DNA from: Lama guanicoe
Lineage: Eukaryota
Assembly: GCA_013239625.1 (NCBI GenBank)
Contig: MU054212.1
Coordinates: 4,870,270 to 4,934,269 of the forward strand
Length of the DNA: 64,000 bases
Direction of reading: 5' to 3'
Shown one piece after another: positions 1-14,079 of this stretch. The translations under genes were made by a program, and so were the position numbers. Each line of letters starts with the position of its first letter. The first letter of the stretch is position 1. Under the pieces are notes generated by a model that ran no database searches, was not told the origin of the DNA, and saw only the letters and a program-made list of their open reading frames with translations.

Positions 1-2039
1 CAGAAGATAAGGGTGCCCCTTCATGTTTCAGATGTGTTGGAAGTTAGGGAAGAAAACAAACAGAGCCTTATAGGAAGATGGTCTGGGAAATCATGACCAA
101 ATGGGGATTTGGAATGTTTGTAAGCATGAAAGTAATGAGAAGAATAGGAGGAATTAATACTTTGCTAAAGTTTCTAGGTGAAACTCTTTGTAGTTGTTTG
201 TGCTTCTGAAAATCTGTGTTCCAGATGCTCATATAACATGGAAAGTACATTAAAGACAACAATTATTTATGTAAAATATATTATAACCAACCAGTATTAT
301 CAACTCTCAAAGTTCTCATGCCCTAAAAAAATTAATGAAAGAATTTGTATTGAACAGAGCATTTGCTCTTGGAGAGACACATAGGAAGTTGTCCATTTAA
401 ATCCTTGCACTTCCAAGAATCCTCCCAGTGGAAGTCTTGGATCAATATCACTTGAAGCTACCAATTAATTCCAACTTGATTAAAATTTAAAATATGGGAG
501 AGAACACAATTCTGGTGTGACATTAAAATCAATGTCTTTATTGATGTGAAAACAAAGAAAGTGAAGCTGGCATTATTTGTTCTTCCTTTGGGCTTTTTCT
601 AGAACATGATGAGATGTTCTCTGAGTATATTGTCTCCTCTGACACCCACGTATGTCTCAAATATGTTCTCCTAGATATCTCACTGTCTAGAATATAGTTT
701 AAATCTTGAATTAGAAAAGCAACTTTGAGATTAAACAGTTCAGAAACTATTCAATTTTTTACCTGCTTTTATTATATGCGATGCTATATGAGTCAGGGCC
801 CAAAGAGAAAAACAGAAACTTTCCCAAGCATTTGAATCACAGATAATTAAAAACTTCAAATTGTTAACAAAACTTGGCATTTGTTTTTCTCTTCCACTCA
901 CATGTAATCTTTGTTTAATACATTCATGTGTCTGCCTTCATAAAAATAATCTTAGTCTTTCCCCCAAAATGGATATACAAAGTCTCACTGGTCTTTGTGT
1001 TTATCTCAGATCCTGGACTCCCTGGGAATAAGAAATTCTGCCCATCAGATTTTAATGTGCCTCCTCGAGATTTGGTCAGGGTTCTTTAGATGTAGATTTA
1101 CATTTTTAGATTCCTTTATGTTTCTGCCATTACTGGGTTCCTACAATCTTCTATTGTCCTTTATTATTGAACACTGAAATATAAAGGGACATAAAAGGAT
1201 TTATATATAGTTCTCCTGCCCCTAATGATTAACAGAAACCTAATTTTCCACCTTGAGGTAATTATGGGATTTGATCTTTATAGTCAGAAGTGTTACTCCT
1301 ATTTTTTTCTCTGACTATGGGTTCAGGAGCATAAGAGATACACAAAATAAGTAAAGTTGATGTTAAGTTCTATAAGATGAATCAAAGTCACTGGATCTAT
1401 GTATAATGTGGGAATTAATAACTATGGAGATACTACATGAAATTTAGTGGCATGGCTCCTGTAATTTCATAGAGAATTAGAAGAGTGAAAAAAAAGTTTA
1501 CTTTTAAAATCGTGTGGACTAGCCACAGAGGCATATGTCTTCATGGTTTTTAAAAGGTGGTCTTGGTAAGACCCTGCCTTTATTTAGGTAAGGAATTGTT
1601 CCCATTGAACAATGAGAGCAGGGAGGTTCCAGAAACTAAATGATTCACTCACAGCCTTGCTGTTAGTAAGTAACAAAGGAGATAAATAGACTTCTGCTTC
1701 CTAAAAAACTGCTCTGAATTTTATTTTTTTATCTTGTTAAAAATATACGACTTGTTTAAAATATAATTTTCCCTATGCTGAAAAATATATAAATACATAT
1801 AAAGAAACAGATAATATAAAGGAATGTGTAAAATAAATTTAAATCATCTGCCCAGCAATAAACATGGTTTAGTGGCACTATTCTGGTATAAATCCTATCA
1901 GTTATTTTGACTATACTGTGCTTTGGGTCTGGTACATGGATGGTTTCATACCAGCTTTTAGTGTTAAGTACATCATGAGCTCTGACTTAAGTAACTTAAT
2001 AGTTTTCTAAAAATAATTTTAATAGGTGCATGTATTCAT

Positions 2040-2378
2040 GTAATTAATGTTAGCTGACACAACCAACAATCCCTTAAACCTTTGTGGCTTACCACAATAA
2101 AGACTCACCTATTTGTCAGTTAAGTACAGTCTGATGGTGTTTATCTGGCCCTCCTGCTTGGGGGCTGTATCATATGGAAGACCTGGCTATCATAGTGGGG
2201 ATGAAAGCAATCAAGGGACATACTGTCTCTCACCTGCTTCAAACCAAAAAATTCCACACTTCTGCTCAAAGGAATTTGGCCAGAGCTTACATCACCCCAA
2301 CTTCATTACACAAGAAGCTCGTAAATATAAGGAAGTACATTAAACAGCTGATGAATACTAACAATGTCTGCTAGTACA
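2040..2378 (-). mobile_element. Old MaLR solo LTR (MLT1I/J/K-like), degraded
   Basis: Antisense MLT1-type blocks such as 'acaaccaacaatccc...gtggcttaccacaataaag' and 'cacttctgctca...ttggccagagc'; TG...CA termini. Confidence 0.55.
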
Positions 2379-2469
2379 TGGCATTCAATTTTTGGCAATA
2401 TCGATCCTACTCTTTTCTCTTTGTAAAGAGTGTGTGGATATATATACATATAGCCTCTTATCATCCTTT

Positions 2470-3085
2470 TTTTAAGTTGTCTCCTTCTCTTGCTCCCCTA
2501 AATTCCATTCTAAGATCAGCCAAAGTACCCATTTTAAAGTTATAAATCAGATGTCACTCACCTGTTTGAAAATTATCTAAAGGTTTGTCATAGTACTTTA
2601 AAAACTCAATCCTCTTTTTTTAAATGGTCAATAACCAAGACTGGAACCTCCTTACCTATGTGACTCCAACTCATATTCCTCTGCACATAGCCTTCCTGCT
2701 GTAGTCACACTGACCTTTATCCCCTTCTCACATACACCCTGCTAGCTACAGCCCTAAGGATTTATACCAGTTTTTCTCTTTATTCGACATGTTCACCCCT
2801 TGACTATTACATGGCTTGCTGTTTTTTGACACATCACACAGAGAATATATTTTTCTGCCAAAACTCTCTGTAATCTAACAAGAACACTTAACATAGATAA
2901 TCACCTGCTATCACATCATCTTATTTGAATTCTCCATCAATTTGTTTTTAGATTTATGATTCTGGTTTTCTAAATGTCTTTTCTGTAGTGATTAACTGTA
3001 AAAAGCAGGCTCTTACTCTGTTTTTTTCAGGATGAATCTTTTGTTTTCTAATTCTGCAGTATTAGATTCAATGCAACATAGTTTT
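2470..3085 (+). mobile_element. LINE-2 3' fragment
   Basis: Typical L2 blocks 'ccattctaagatcagcc...aaatcagatgtcactcacctgtttgaaa' followed by a pyrimidine-rich L2 3' region. Confidence 0.6.
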
Positions 3086-3651
3086 TTTTATTCTTATTAT
3101 CTTATTGTCCTTGAAAATGTGAAAATCAGAAGCAAAAAAAAAAATGTAGACTTTACAGATATAAGAACGGAGCTGTCCAGTCTCAGTAATGACTACTTTT
3201 CAAGAAACATAATGCAAGTCAAAAATAATTAAAAACGAAATTCCAACATATACTTTCTTTTCCTGAAAAACATTAAAACTGATATAATCTATAAATCTCA
3301 ATAGTATTTCTATTAATACCACCTTTTCAATTTTCCCTAACTGTCCTTGCTCTGATTCTGTTTCTCATTTTTAATTCACCAAATATCTTTTTCTCCCTAT
3401 GTACCTATATACTTCTTCCTTTGTTCTTACAACTTTTTATGTTCCTGTCTTCTCTGCTCTGATTCCAATTGTGTGCTTTGAAAAATCTAAGACACTGTCT
3501 GGAAAAGGAAAATCATTTTGAAAATGCAAAAAGAAATGTGTTCTGCAATTAGCATAAAATTCTTGGAGTAATCTTCAAATGTCATCTTTTGTTTCCTTAT
3601 ATCATACAGCAAATTCTTTGATGAATCCTGTTGGCATTACTTAAAACATCC

Positions 3652-4110
3652 TTTAAAATTTAGAATAATTTTAGATTTACATAGAAGTTGCAAAGATAGT
3701 TGAGAGAGTTCTTATATACCCCTTCCCCTATTTTTCTAAATGTTAACATCTCATCATGGTACATTTATCAAAACCAAAAATCATTAAGACAAGACTGTTA
3801 ATTAAACAACAGACTTTAAATGATTATACCAGATTTTGCACTAATGCCATTTTTCTCTCTCGGGATCCAATCCAAGATCTCACATTGCATTTGGTCATTA
3901 TTTTTCCTCTATTTTCTAAGGTCTGTAAAGGTTTCTTAGTCTTTTTGTGTTTTTCATTAATTTTGAGGAATACAAGTCAGATATTTTATAGCATATCCCT
4001 CAATTTGGGTTTGTCTGATTGGGTTGGTTTTCTCATGGTTAGACTGGGGTTATTGGTTCTAGGGAAGAAAACCACAGAAGTAAGGTGCCCTTCTCATTAA
4101 ATCATATTGG
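3652..4110 (-). mobile_element. L1MC-type 3' UTR fragment inserted into an L2
   Basis: 'aataattttagatttacatagaagttgcaaagatag' and 'gggatccaatccaagatctcacattgcattt' match antisense L1MC 3' UTR; L2-like sequence lies on both sides. Confidence 0.8.
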
Positions 4111-4124
4111 GATGGAGTAGGGTA

Positions 4125-4800
4125 CCACAATCAGGACTTTGTCTGGGCTGCTACCATCTTTCTCCTAAATCATTGTACTATCCTCCTAATGGTCTCCCTG
4201 CTTCCATCCTGGTCCATTATAATGTATTAACAAACTAGCAACCAAGAGTCTCCATTTTAAAGGATTGTCAGATCATGTCACCCTTCTACTCAAAGTCCTC
4301 TTAGAATTTGCCATCTGACTCAGTAATACGTGTAGGTGTTACCTTAGTCAAAAATGTGCTCCAAATCCCTGCTCCTCAACCTCCCGACTCTCTGAATGTG
4401 CGTTCTCATCCTTTCTTTTTCTCACTTTACTTCAGCCACGTTGGCCTCCTTGCTTTCATAGTAAGCTTCCACTTCAAAACTTTGAATTTGCTCTTTTTCT
4501 CAACTACAGACGCTCCTCTTTCAGAAATGCGCATGGTCTGTACGCACACTAGTTTATGTCTCTGCTCAATGTCACCTTCTCAGTGATATCTTCCATAACT
4601 CCTCTATTTGAAACATCTCTCCCTGACACTCCTCTCTACTTTTTCTTGCTTTATCGTTTTATCATAACACTTGGCACTTTCTGTGTTTACTTATTTGGTA
4701 TTTTCTATGTCTCTCCACTAAAACATAAGATTGCTGGAAGGGTGAATTTTCATTTGTGATATCTTCGGTGTACAAGAAAAATAAAGCTCAGAGAATATTT
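4125..4800 (+). mobile_element. LINE-2 fragment (continues L2 piece at about 3570-3650)
   Basis: 'cctcctaatggtctccctgcttccatcctg', 'tcagatcatgtcaccc' and 'ctcaatgtcaccttctcagtga' are L2 consensus motifs. Confidence 0.75.
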
Positions 4801-6599
4801 GCATGGACTGGGAGAGGAGATGTTGAGTTTTGCTTTATTTTGCTTTGTTTTGTTTGTTCTCTGCTCATCTAACTTCCCCTCATCTCTAAATCTGATGAAT
4901 GGTTTCGTATGTATAGGTCCAAGTCCCAATATCTCCCTTCATAGAGCACTCCTGCAATAATCTGAAAGTCTCCGAGCTTCTCTGCTTGACTCTCAAACAT
5001 TCTATGACTAGAAAGTATATAAAACTAAAAGTCCAACCATGCAGTGCTCATTTTGTTTTCCCACTACTTCTCCAATCCGTTTAAACCACCACACAACGCT
5101 ACATTAAAGAAGTTCACATATTACAAAATGAAATGTGTCCCCTGCCATCCTCTCTTCTTCATTCACTACTGTTTCCTCAGAATAATAGCCTGAATAATTT
5201 TTAGAGTCAAGCAGAGGAGTATATTAGTTTATATCATGTCTTTGCATGCCTGTCTACATGGGCATATGCATCTGGGTGTGTTTTGCATTTACAAGTATTT
5301 TCATGAACATTGGGGAAGTAATACTAAAGATGCTATTTTAATTTTGATGCCCAAGTATTTTTAATGAAAAGAATATAGTACATCCAGAAGTAAATCTAAT
5401 ATTCGCAAGCATCTGATCTGGTTTTAAATGATGCTCGGTAGACTGTAATTTAAAGTTTGAGCATTTTTAATGACATAAAAGATACTCCTCTTTCCTATAG
5501 GCACCAAGGTAAAATAAAACCCAAAATATGTTATACTGAAAAATTGTTTTTAAGCAACAAAAATCTCCCCAATGAAATCATATTATGTATATTGATACTG
5601 TATTGCAAAATACAAAAATCAAAGGTGTTCTGTGTGAGGTAGGTTGTTCAAAATGACTTGACTATTTAAATGACATTACAAATTAAAGCTAACTGACACT
5701 CAGAAAATGACACTATACTGAATATAATCATAATTTGATTGGTTTTTAATCCCCGAATAGTGTTCCGTGGGAAATCTGAGGAAATATTATAAAATAAATT
5801 TGAAATGGAAGCTGACGTATATGATGTAGAAAAAAAAAGTGCAAAATAATAAGGACACAGTTGACCAGTTTGGATTGCTACTTAAAATCCTCATCCTCCC
5901 TTCTCTTTTTCCAGCACATGCTGAAAGAGCAGTCTGCCAATGTCTAGTGCAGAGTCGTTTTCATCTGCTCATTTTATTTCTATTGCCAATTATCCTTAAT
6001 TATTGAAAACTTTTTTTCAGAGTGTAATGGTTGCTGAAATGTTAGTATGCTCATTAAACTGAAACTTTAGATAGAGCAATAGATTCTGATAAGCACTGGT
6101 TTGTTACAGTTCTGAAATTTCAAGTATTCCTTACACTATTAACTTCAAATTCATACTCCACAAAACATTTACTCAGAATTAATAACTATTATTTTTTAAG
6201 CCAAAGTGCCCTCATAAAATGTCTTAAATGATAAAAATGTAACAATAATTTAAATTGGCATCCGTGAAGGACAATCAGAGCCAGAGGGTACCATTAGCCC
6301 TCACGTGAAAGCAGCAGATCTTTCGATGGAAGCAAAATCCTTAACACGTTGCCACTAAATCCTTTGTTAGTATTCCCCTTACTATAGAAGTGTGTTCTGT
6401 CCACGTTCCAGTAGACTGCTATCAGCTCATAAAAGCTATGACAAATGATAAATCCATACACAGAGCATCCTAGAGGTTAACGATTACATTTTAGATGTGA
6501 AAATTCATGTTTGCCTCCACTTACACTCAAAATACAACAAACTATTTCCAGAATTTCCTTATGGCTTCAGGTTAGTGTTAGCCAAAAGAGACATTCTGC

Positions 6600-6940
6600 A
6601 TTAGATTTAGAAGGTCAAGTGCATGTGTGTCTCTATGGTAATGGGCAGCAAGTTTTCTTCTACGAACCATCCACAGCATCAAGGTATAAGACGATGGAAG
6701 ACAGTTCTAGTATGTCCTTGCATGCTCCAGTTTACCCTTGTTCTTCTGCACATTCGGCTTTGCTTCCTAACTGCCAGTCCAGTGGGCCTTTAGTGTCTTC
6801 AGGCTCAATAGTACATGCAGAAACGCCAGCTTGCAGTGGTTGCTCCACCATTTCCTACAGTTGTGGAAGGTCCAAACTATAAAATTCTTTGTTAAAAATC
6901 AATAGTAGTTTGGCTTCTCTGATCAAAGTTCGGCTGATTT
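6600..6940 (+). mobile_element. ERVL-class LTR remnant (MER74/MER54/MER73-like)
   Basis: 3' end 'ggcttctctgatcaaagttcggctgat' resembles the '...ctgcttctctgatcgaaccctgactgataca' terminus of this LTR group. Confidence 0.45.
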
Positions 6941-9900
6941 GCCTGCCATCCTCCCTTTGTTGGAAAGCTACTAGAAGGTATGCCCTACCGGCACAAGAGA
7001 ATAAACATAAGGAAGATATGGAATCCCTATTTTAGGGGATGCCTATAAAACCCTCTATTTTATCATTTTATAGGTCTCTATTTCACGAATGCCTTAAAAC
7101 TAAAGCTCTTTCTAGAGGAAGACAGCATAACAAAGATAGTAAAAATAAGTCAACTATGATTCCAGGTCTATGACATATTTTGATCAAGTCATACAGTTTC
7201 TCTCTCTCTCTCCATATATATATATATACATAAAGTTCTTCCATTTGCTCTTTTGTTATCAAAATAAAATTTATAAAAAAATAGCTCTATAAGCATCTCT
7301 CCCATTTGAATTACACACAGATTTTTATTCTTGGGAGATGGTGGGCATTTGGCAAATCAACCCAGACAACGTGATATGTCAGTATAAAAATTTATTTTTA
7401 AGCCAAAAACAGAGTAAGTTGATTTATCTGGTTATTCTTTGATTTCACAGTAACTTTAAAGGTGTTAATGAATGTTACCAGTGACTAATATCTTATTCCC
7501 AGAAGCACAAATTCCCCAAAGAAGATAAAATACAGTTTTTTTTTTTAAGTTGGAACTGAGAAGGCAGAAGTCCATTTCCCTCTCTTAAACATTAGGTTTT
7601 AAAGTTTTCAGAATTTAATTAATAAATTCTCCAGCAATACCTGAAGCTCACTTTTGAGATGGATGAGTGTTATGTCTTCATTTTTATTCCCCACCTTTAT
7701 CTTGTTCTTTCCTTGCTTTTCATGCACTTTTCTTTCAGCACTTCCAAGTCTCTTCAGACACTTACTGTTCAGCTTTGTATCCTGCTGAGCTGAAACTTTA
7801 TCCTAAGTTTATCTCTGCCTGCATTCCCTATACCCAACAAGATCAAATTTCACAGTATTTCATCTTCCAGGCTTTTCATGATGCTGAAATTTTCCAGCTG
7901 ATGCTAAAGCCTCTCCAAAAAGCCAGATCCCTCAGTGATAGTTTCCTTTCTGCCTTCAGACTCTTAATAATTTTTTACATTATGAGGGTGCACATAAAAG
8001 CTCAATAAAGTAATCAGTCATTTAATAAACCTTGTTTTAGTAACTACTATTTGCTACGCACTGTTCTAAGTGATGGGAATATCAGAAACTCATTTTTGGA
8101 CATATGCTATAGCATTTATAAATGCTAACAAATGCACAAAAATGAACAGCTCTTTCATTTCACATTTCCTTTTACTTCTTTCTTATTTTTATTAAATGTT
8201 TATTATTCTAGAAAGTAATTAAGCCTTGCCTTTTTAAAATGATCTTCTAATTCAGACTGATATCTCACAACACTCCTTTCCAATAATTAGTCACAGTTAT
8301 TCTAACTTTACAAGTAAGAATATGATATGAGAAAATTCAATTGGAATATTCCATCAAAATGTGAAATCAGAAATTGACATACTGTAACTGTCTATACTTC
8401 AAAAAAAAGAAAAAATGTGAAACCGAATAAAGCAATTTTAGTGCTTTAGCAGATGTTGTTTGATATATAACTGGAAATATGAAATTAATTCTGCTTTTAA
8501 GTAGCACATTGTCAAAGGGTTATTTAATGAGACAGATGTCCCAAGAGAGACCATTCTTAAGAGTAATTTTAGTCTCACTTTGAAAAGATCAGAAAACCAC
8601 AGTTTTTCCCCATGGTATTTAAATATCAAGTTTTTATATTCAAAAGTTTCTGATAATATAGAATAAAATGTTCAGAATTTCAGTTTTTTAAAGGAGTGTC
8701 TATTAATCCTTGTGACTTGACTAGCAATAAAAATTCAACATTTCTCACCTTTAAAAACCTCACAATAGTTTAAGTGTTTTAAATGTAATCTCTGTATAAA
8801 CTCTTTCCAATTTCAGGTCACTTAGTATAACATAAGGAGATTGTGTCACAAAGTTGTCCCTGTTAATCAAAAGTAACTGAAAATAATATCTGACTGGCAA
8901 AATAAGTGATGATTTTTTATAAAATCATTAGGAAATGATGGTTACATTTTAAAATTACGAACAAAATCTTAACTTGTATTCAAAATTATATCTCTAATTA
9001 TTTTCGTAATTCATTGAATGACCTCAGAAAACTCCTTTTATTGTTTTTGATATGCTATTTATTGATCAAATAAATAATTGAAGATAATTAAGCACAGCTA
9101 CTCTCCATGCATTGTTGTGATGATGTTAGACATTAAGCCTCTAGTTATACTCCCACATTTATTGAGAGATACATACAATTATTGTATAATCAGATTCTTT
9201 CATTTTGAACACTTGATATATGTTCATTAAAATACATCAATTCCTTTTTCTAAGATCAACCATTTTTATATGTATGGCTAGTACTATGAATGTGTTCTTC
9301 TATTTCCTTTTTTTTTCATTTTCAAACCATTATATTTGATCTTGCAGTCCTATTTTCAACTATTTAATGCTAGTGCTTAATTTGAATCCAGACTCATTGA
9401 GCTTCTTATTCTATTTAATTTGAACTCTTTGACCACTTATTTATTCATAAAAGCTTACTACACTCTGAAACCAGCAATTTGTTCATTTCTTAGAAAATGT
9501 AAAATACATGAAAAGATTACAATTAGTTTAGTGTTTATATCCTGCTTATAAAATCAGTTTTTGCTTGAAAATTTCTGATTTAAAATATAACATCAGAAGT
9601 AGACATAATTGTATAAATATCTTAAAGATCAACATACAATTTGCATTTGAAGATCTGAAAATTTTAGGGCAATAAAATAAGCAAGAAAAATGATACTAGT
9701 AAATGTTTGTTCTTGATTTTTTTTTAAAGGAAAGAATACATTTCAAAATTGGAAAAAAAGACAATGAGAATAGTGGAAGAGGAACAGAAAACTCTTCTCT
9801 GTGGGTCATAGTTTTAAAGAATGGTAGGGTAAAAGGGTAATGCAATGATGAGTTAATTGTAGTATAGTAAAGGCAGAGCTAAGTTATGAAGAACTTTGAA

Positions 9901-10163
9901 TAATTAAATTAAATCAGTTGGACTTAGTCTACTATTTGAAGGGCAGACCATACCTTTCTTTGTCATCTACTTATTTGATTCTGTTCTTTATTTATATAAA
10001 AATACATAAATGTTTAATGTAAAATTTTTCACCAAAATGCAAAATGAAATACTGGACTTGGGAAAATCAATGAAAAATAGGATAAATGCATGATTGATTG
10101 ATATTCACAATTCACAATGATATAAACAAAAGATAAACTGAAGAAATATTTGATGTCATAGGC

Positions 10164-10388
10164 CAGGAGACAGCAAACTCTTTTTTTGTAAATGGTCAAA
10201 TAGTAAATATTTTAGCCTTTAAGGGCATTCTTTATCTTTAGTAGTCAACTCTGTCACTGTAGCAGGAATGCAGCCATGGACAGTATGTAAATGAATCAGC
10301 CTTACTGTATTCTATAAAACTTCATTAAAAAAAAAAAAAGGCGGGAGGCAAGTAGGATTTGGTCTTTGTGTCAGAGTTTACACACCAG
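10164..10388 (+). mobile_element. MER58A-like hAT-Charlie non-autonomous DNA transposon
   Basis: 'caggagacagcaaact...gtaaatggtcaaatagtaaatattttag...caactctgtcactgtagc...gcagccatggaca' follows the MER58A consensus end to end. Confidence 0.85.
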
Positions 10389-10924
10389 TATTTGTTGCAG
10401 GTAAAGAGATCATGAATTTTGGGAACACCAATGCTCATTAATCACAATGAGGACAAAATCTACATCAGAAGTTTCTACCTTAGAAAGATTTAGTAGTTCT
10501 TACAGATCTCAATGGCAACTTCTCAAAGTTCCAAAACATTTAAATTGAATGTGACTAAAAATTTACCTATTAAACAATGATTAAATTAGAAGAATTATGA
10601 ACTGGTCTGGAAATTGGAGTTCACCTGAAAAAAAGGTCTAGTCGTTCTAATGACAGGATAAGAAGATACTGATAGGACAGTATGCTATTTCCCATGCCAG
10701 TGTGCTGAGATGAAATTCTGGTAAAATGGACTGGGTATCCTGTGATCCTTTATCTGGTGATAAAACCACATGTTACTTACGGTTAATGAAACCTCTTTAA
10801 GTACAATAATGTGGAAAAATATAAAATTGAAATTTTAAATCTTTAATTAGGTAGAGCTCCACTTAGTGATATGTTTTAAATACAAGTTCAAAATGAAACT
10901 CAAGACAAAGTGATGTGAATCAAT

Positions 10925-11210
10925 GATCTATTGCTACACTCAAGGTCAGTAAATCATCCCAAAGCTCAGTGCCTCAAATCAATAAGCATTCATTTAGTTC
11001 ACAAGTTTGTAGTTTGACAATTTAGCCTGCACTCATCTCATCATCATTTACTTTATTATTTACTCCCCCATTTACTTCATTATTTAATAGGCTATCACTG
11101 TAAGATTCTCATGATGAAGGCAGAGGAACATGAAAATAAGTGGAATGGCATATATGACAAATGACACGGATGTAGGAAAGGGTAAGGAATTAGGCTTTTG
11201 ATTTGTCCAT
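10925..11210 (-). mobile_element. MaLR LTR remnant (MLT1H-like)
   Basis: 'ctattgct...aaatcatcccaaagctcagtgcctcaaatcaataagcattcatttagttcacaag' matches an antisense MLT1 terminus. Confidence 0.55.
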
Positions 11211-14079
11211 TTGGTGTATTTTTCATAGGTAGATGCGTATTTTGAATTTTCTGCAAACATTATTGTCCAAGTAGACTGAGTAGCTTCAACTTCTGGAAAT
11301 CAGTCTCTGAAATAAAACTAAAATAATCTCATTCTGGCCTGAATTGCAGGTTTACTATAAGAATAAATTCAAAGTAATATAATGATTTTCAGTGAAAGTG
11401 ATAATAAGTGATCTCTAGGAACAAAGGAAACGCATTTCAGGATTAAGCATATACTTTGATATTTTAAAGCAAACTTGCATTTTTCATTTAGAATGAGTAT
11501 ACTTTGGAGATCCAACTGTTTTAGTATTTGTTCTGGTACTCTTAATACTCTTGCTAAATTACTTCCTATGAAAAAGTTTTGTGTATACCAGACCACTGGA
11601 AACTTTCTGATCAAAGACAAACACTCTAGTGATGTTTTAATAATTCTATTATTAGCTTATACAGAGAAAAATCTAAGATTCCCTTTTTTTGAAATGAGAA
11701 TAAGATTGCAATTTAATTTAATATCCTATTCATCATCATCTTGGTCTAAGGTTCATTGTTAATGAAAGTCAAGAAAGAAACTGGTGGTATGTTTGAATGC
11801 TGTTAGAAAAATCAACACACAGTGCGCCATATGCATTCACATTTATATTTGATCCTTTATGCTGACAGCTAGAACAATCTGGGTTTTGTCAATAAAGTTA
11901 TTAGCACATATGATTAAAGCACACATGGGATAAATTTTCACGATGCTGCATGGAGTTTTAGCCTTGCAATTTGTCATTAAAGTCATTAGAAGTGGAATTG
12001 CTAAAGCCTTTTGTTCCTCTGACAGTTTACTCCCTATGAAGCATATAAAGGAAGCAACATACTGTTACTATTTTCTTTTTCAATTAAATAGTTTGTACGT
12101 GGGTTACATTTCAGCCTTGAAGATGACAGATCCTATTCTAACAGGTAACAGCATTCCAATTTGACTCATTATATACAAACATGCACATATACACACCAGA
12201 TTCAAAATTATATGTCTTCAGAATAAAACCTCTTTTATGTAAATGTCCAATTTATAGACAGTCATTCAAGAATTCCAGACAACTTCCAATGCTTCCACTA
12301 GAATCAGAAGCACTTAGCATTTGTATACAAATTATGCTCTTTATATGCTTTGTTTTTAAAATGCCTGTGTAGATTGGATTTTAAATGAGTAACAGAATAT
12401 TTAACAATGAAATTGCTTTTTTCATTCTAATGGTAATAGTAATTGGCCATATTACATTATTTCAGTGTCTAAATTATATCCTGGGAATACATGAGTTGTT
12501 TTGGATCAGTAAGGTATCAGTTATTTCATTAACCTTATGTTTTGTTACATTATTTAGAATCTGACAGAGCTGCACTCCAGTCTCTGTCTACAAGACCTCA
12601 ACCATCTGAAGCTTCATTTTACTCATCAGTGAAATGGCAAACTCAGTTAGTGGGAAAATTAAAGGAACCAATATACAAATACTTTATCTTATGTCTATCA
12701 CAGAGCTAGCACTCAATGCATAGTGATTAATATTAATATTTCTGTTAATTATAATATTCTGTTATTATCATATGTTAAGTCTAAAATTCACATAATCCCT
12801 GTTCCCTGAAATTTAAAGGATCCTATTGACACTGAGATGAGGAGGACAAAACAGGGAACTGTAGGAGAGGTGTCTTCCTGTATTATACTACAACTTGTTC
12901 CATGTGACCTAAGCCACATGATTAAATGAGTTTAGGGAATTTACAAAAATTGATGCTGTGTATCAATATGTTTCAGCAGAATTTAGAAGTGAAGACTTTT
13001 TCTAACTAGCTTGGATAATTTGTCCATAAAAAGCACAGTAAGAAAATTGTTACATTTCAGAATAAACTTTGGGTAATTATAACAATGCAAGAACAATTTA
13101 GAAAAAGCAAGTAATCCATTAAGGTCATAAGACTTAGTGCCATCTACAGTGTCTGGTTTAAAACCCCTCTGTGCCCCTTTTATAGTCTGTCTCTTTTAAA
13201 CTTCTCCAGCCTCATCTTTGGCTGATTCTCAGTTGTTTTCCTGCTTGTGTTTATTCATTTATCTTTCTAAAATGACCATCTTCTGTTTTTCAGCCTGGCA
13301 AAGAAAGGCAATTCTTAAAATCTCAGCTCAAATCTCATCTCTTTTTTCAGCTCTTCTTGGCTATAATGCAAGGAATAGTTATGACTAAGTCCTTATGTCT
13401 CCCATTGTTACCCAAATACAGGACTATCAAAGCACCTGATAAATTTAATCACAAATACTCATTTATAAGTCTGTCTCCAGCTTGAATTTAGATTCTCTCA
13501 GATAATGGTTTTTGCCATATTTTGCCTGCTAACTTTCAAGGTGGAAAAAAAAGTTTCATTAATGAATAATGATTTCCCAAATAATGTATCCCTAATTTCA
13601 TGACTGAGGGATAGTTCAGCTCAAAGTGTTATTAGTTGTAGCAGTCTAAATTTAAAAGGCACACAGTCAAATTACTATAACCCGACCAGGTTGTTGAGGT
13701 GGAGGGCATTCAACAAGGCAAAGTACTGGTTACAAATAAAGAGGTATATCATAAAGATAACATCATATGGCAGTACTGTTCTAAGGAGTTAAGGTATAAA
13801 TCATCTTTAATAATAATTTATTTAATTTAATTGAACACTGGAACATTCATTTGTCTCAACAAGATCAGGGGAGGTCAGATCCCTAGACTGTGTTGTAGAT
13901 CTGCTGCTGGCATTTAATTTATTTCAACTAGTATTTACTTATCATACACTCCATGCCAAGCAACGAGTGCTCTATAATCATGGACTTTTCTCCCTGAAGA
14001 AAGAGTCCCCAGCCCATATAAGAATATACCATAACTAGAAAGGGTCATAGCAGTCATCTTTCACCTGCAACGTTCCTTT

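Noticed and set aside
5890..5960. Strong splice acceptor 'cctcccttctctttttccag'
   Set aside because: No matching donor or open frame downstream; isolated acceptors are common.
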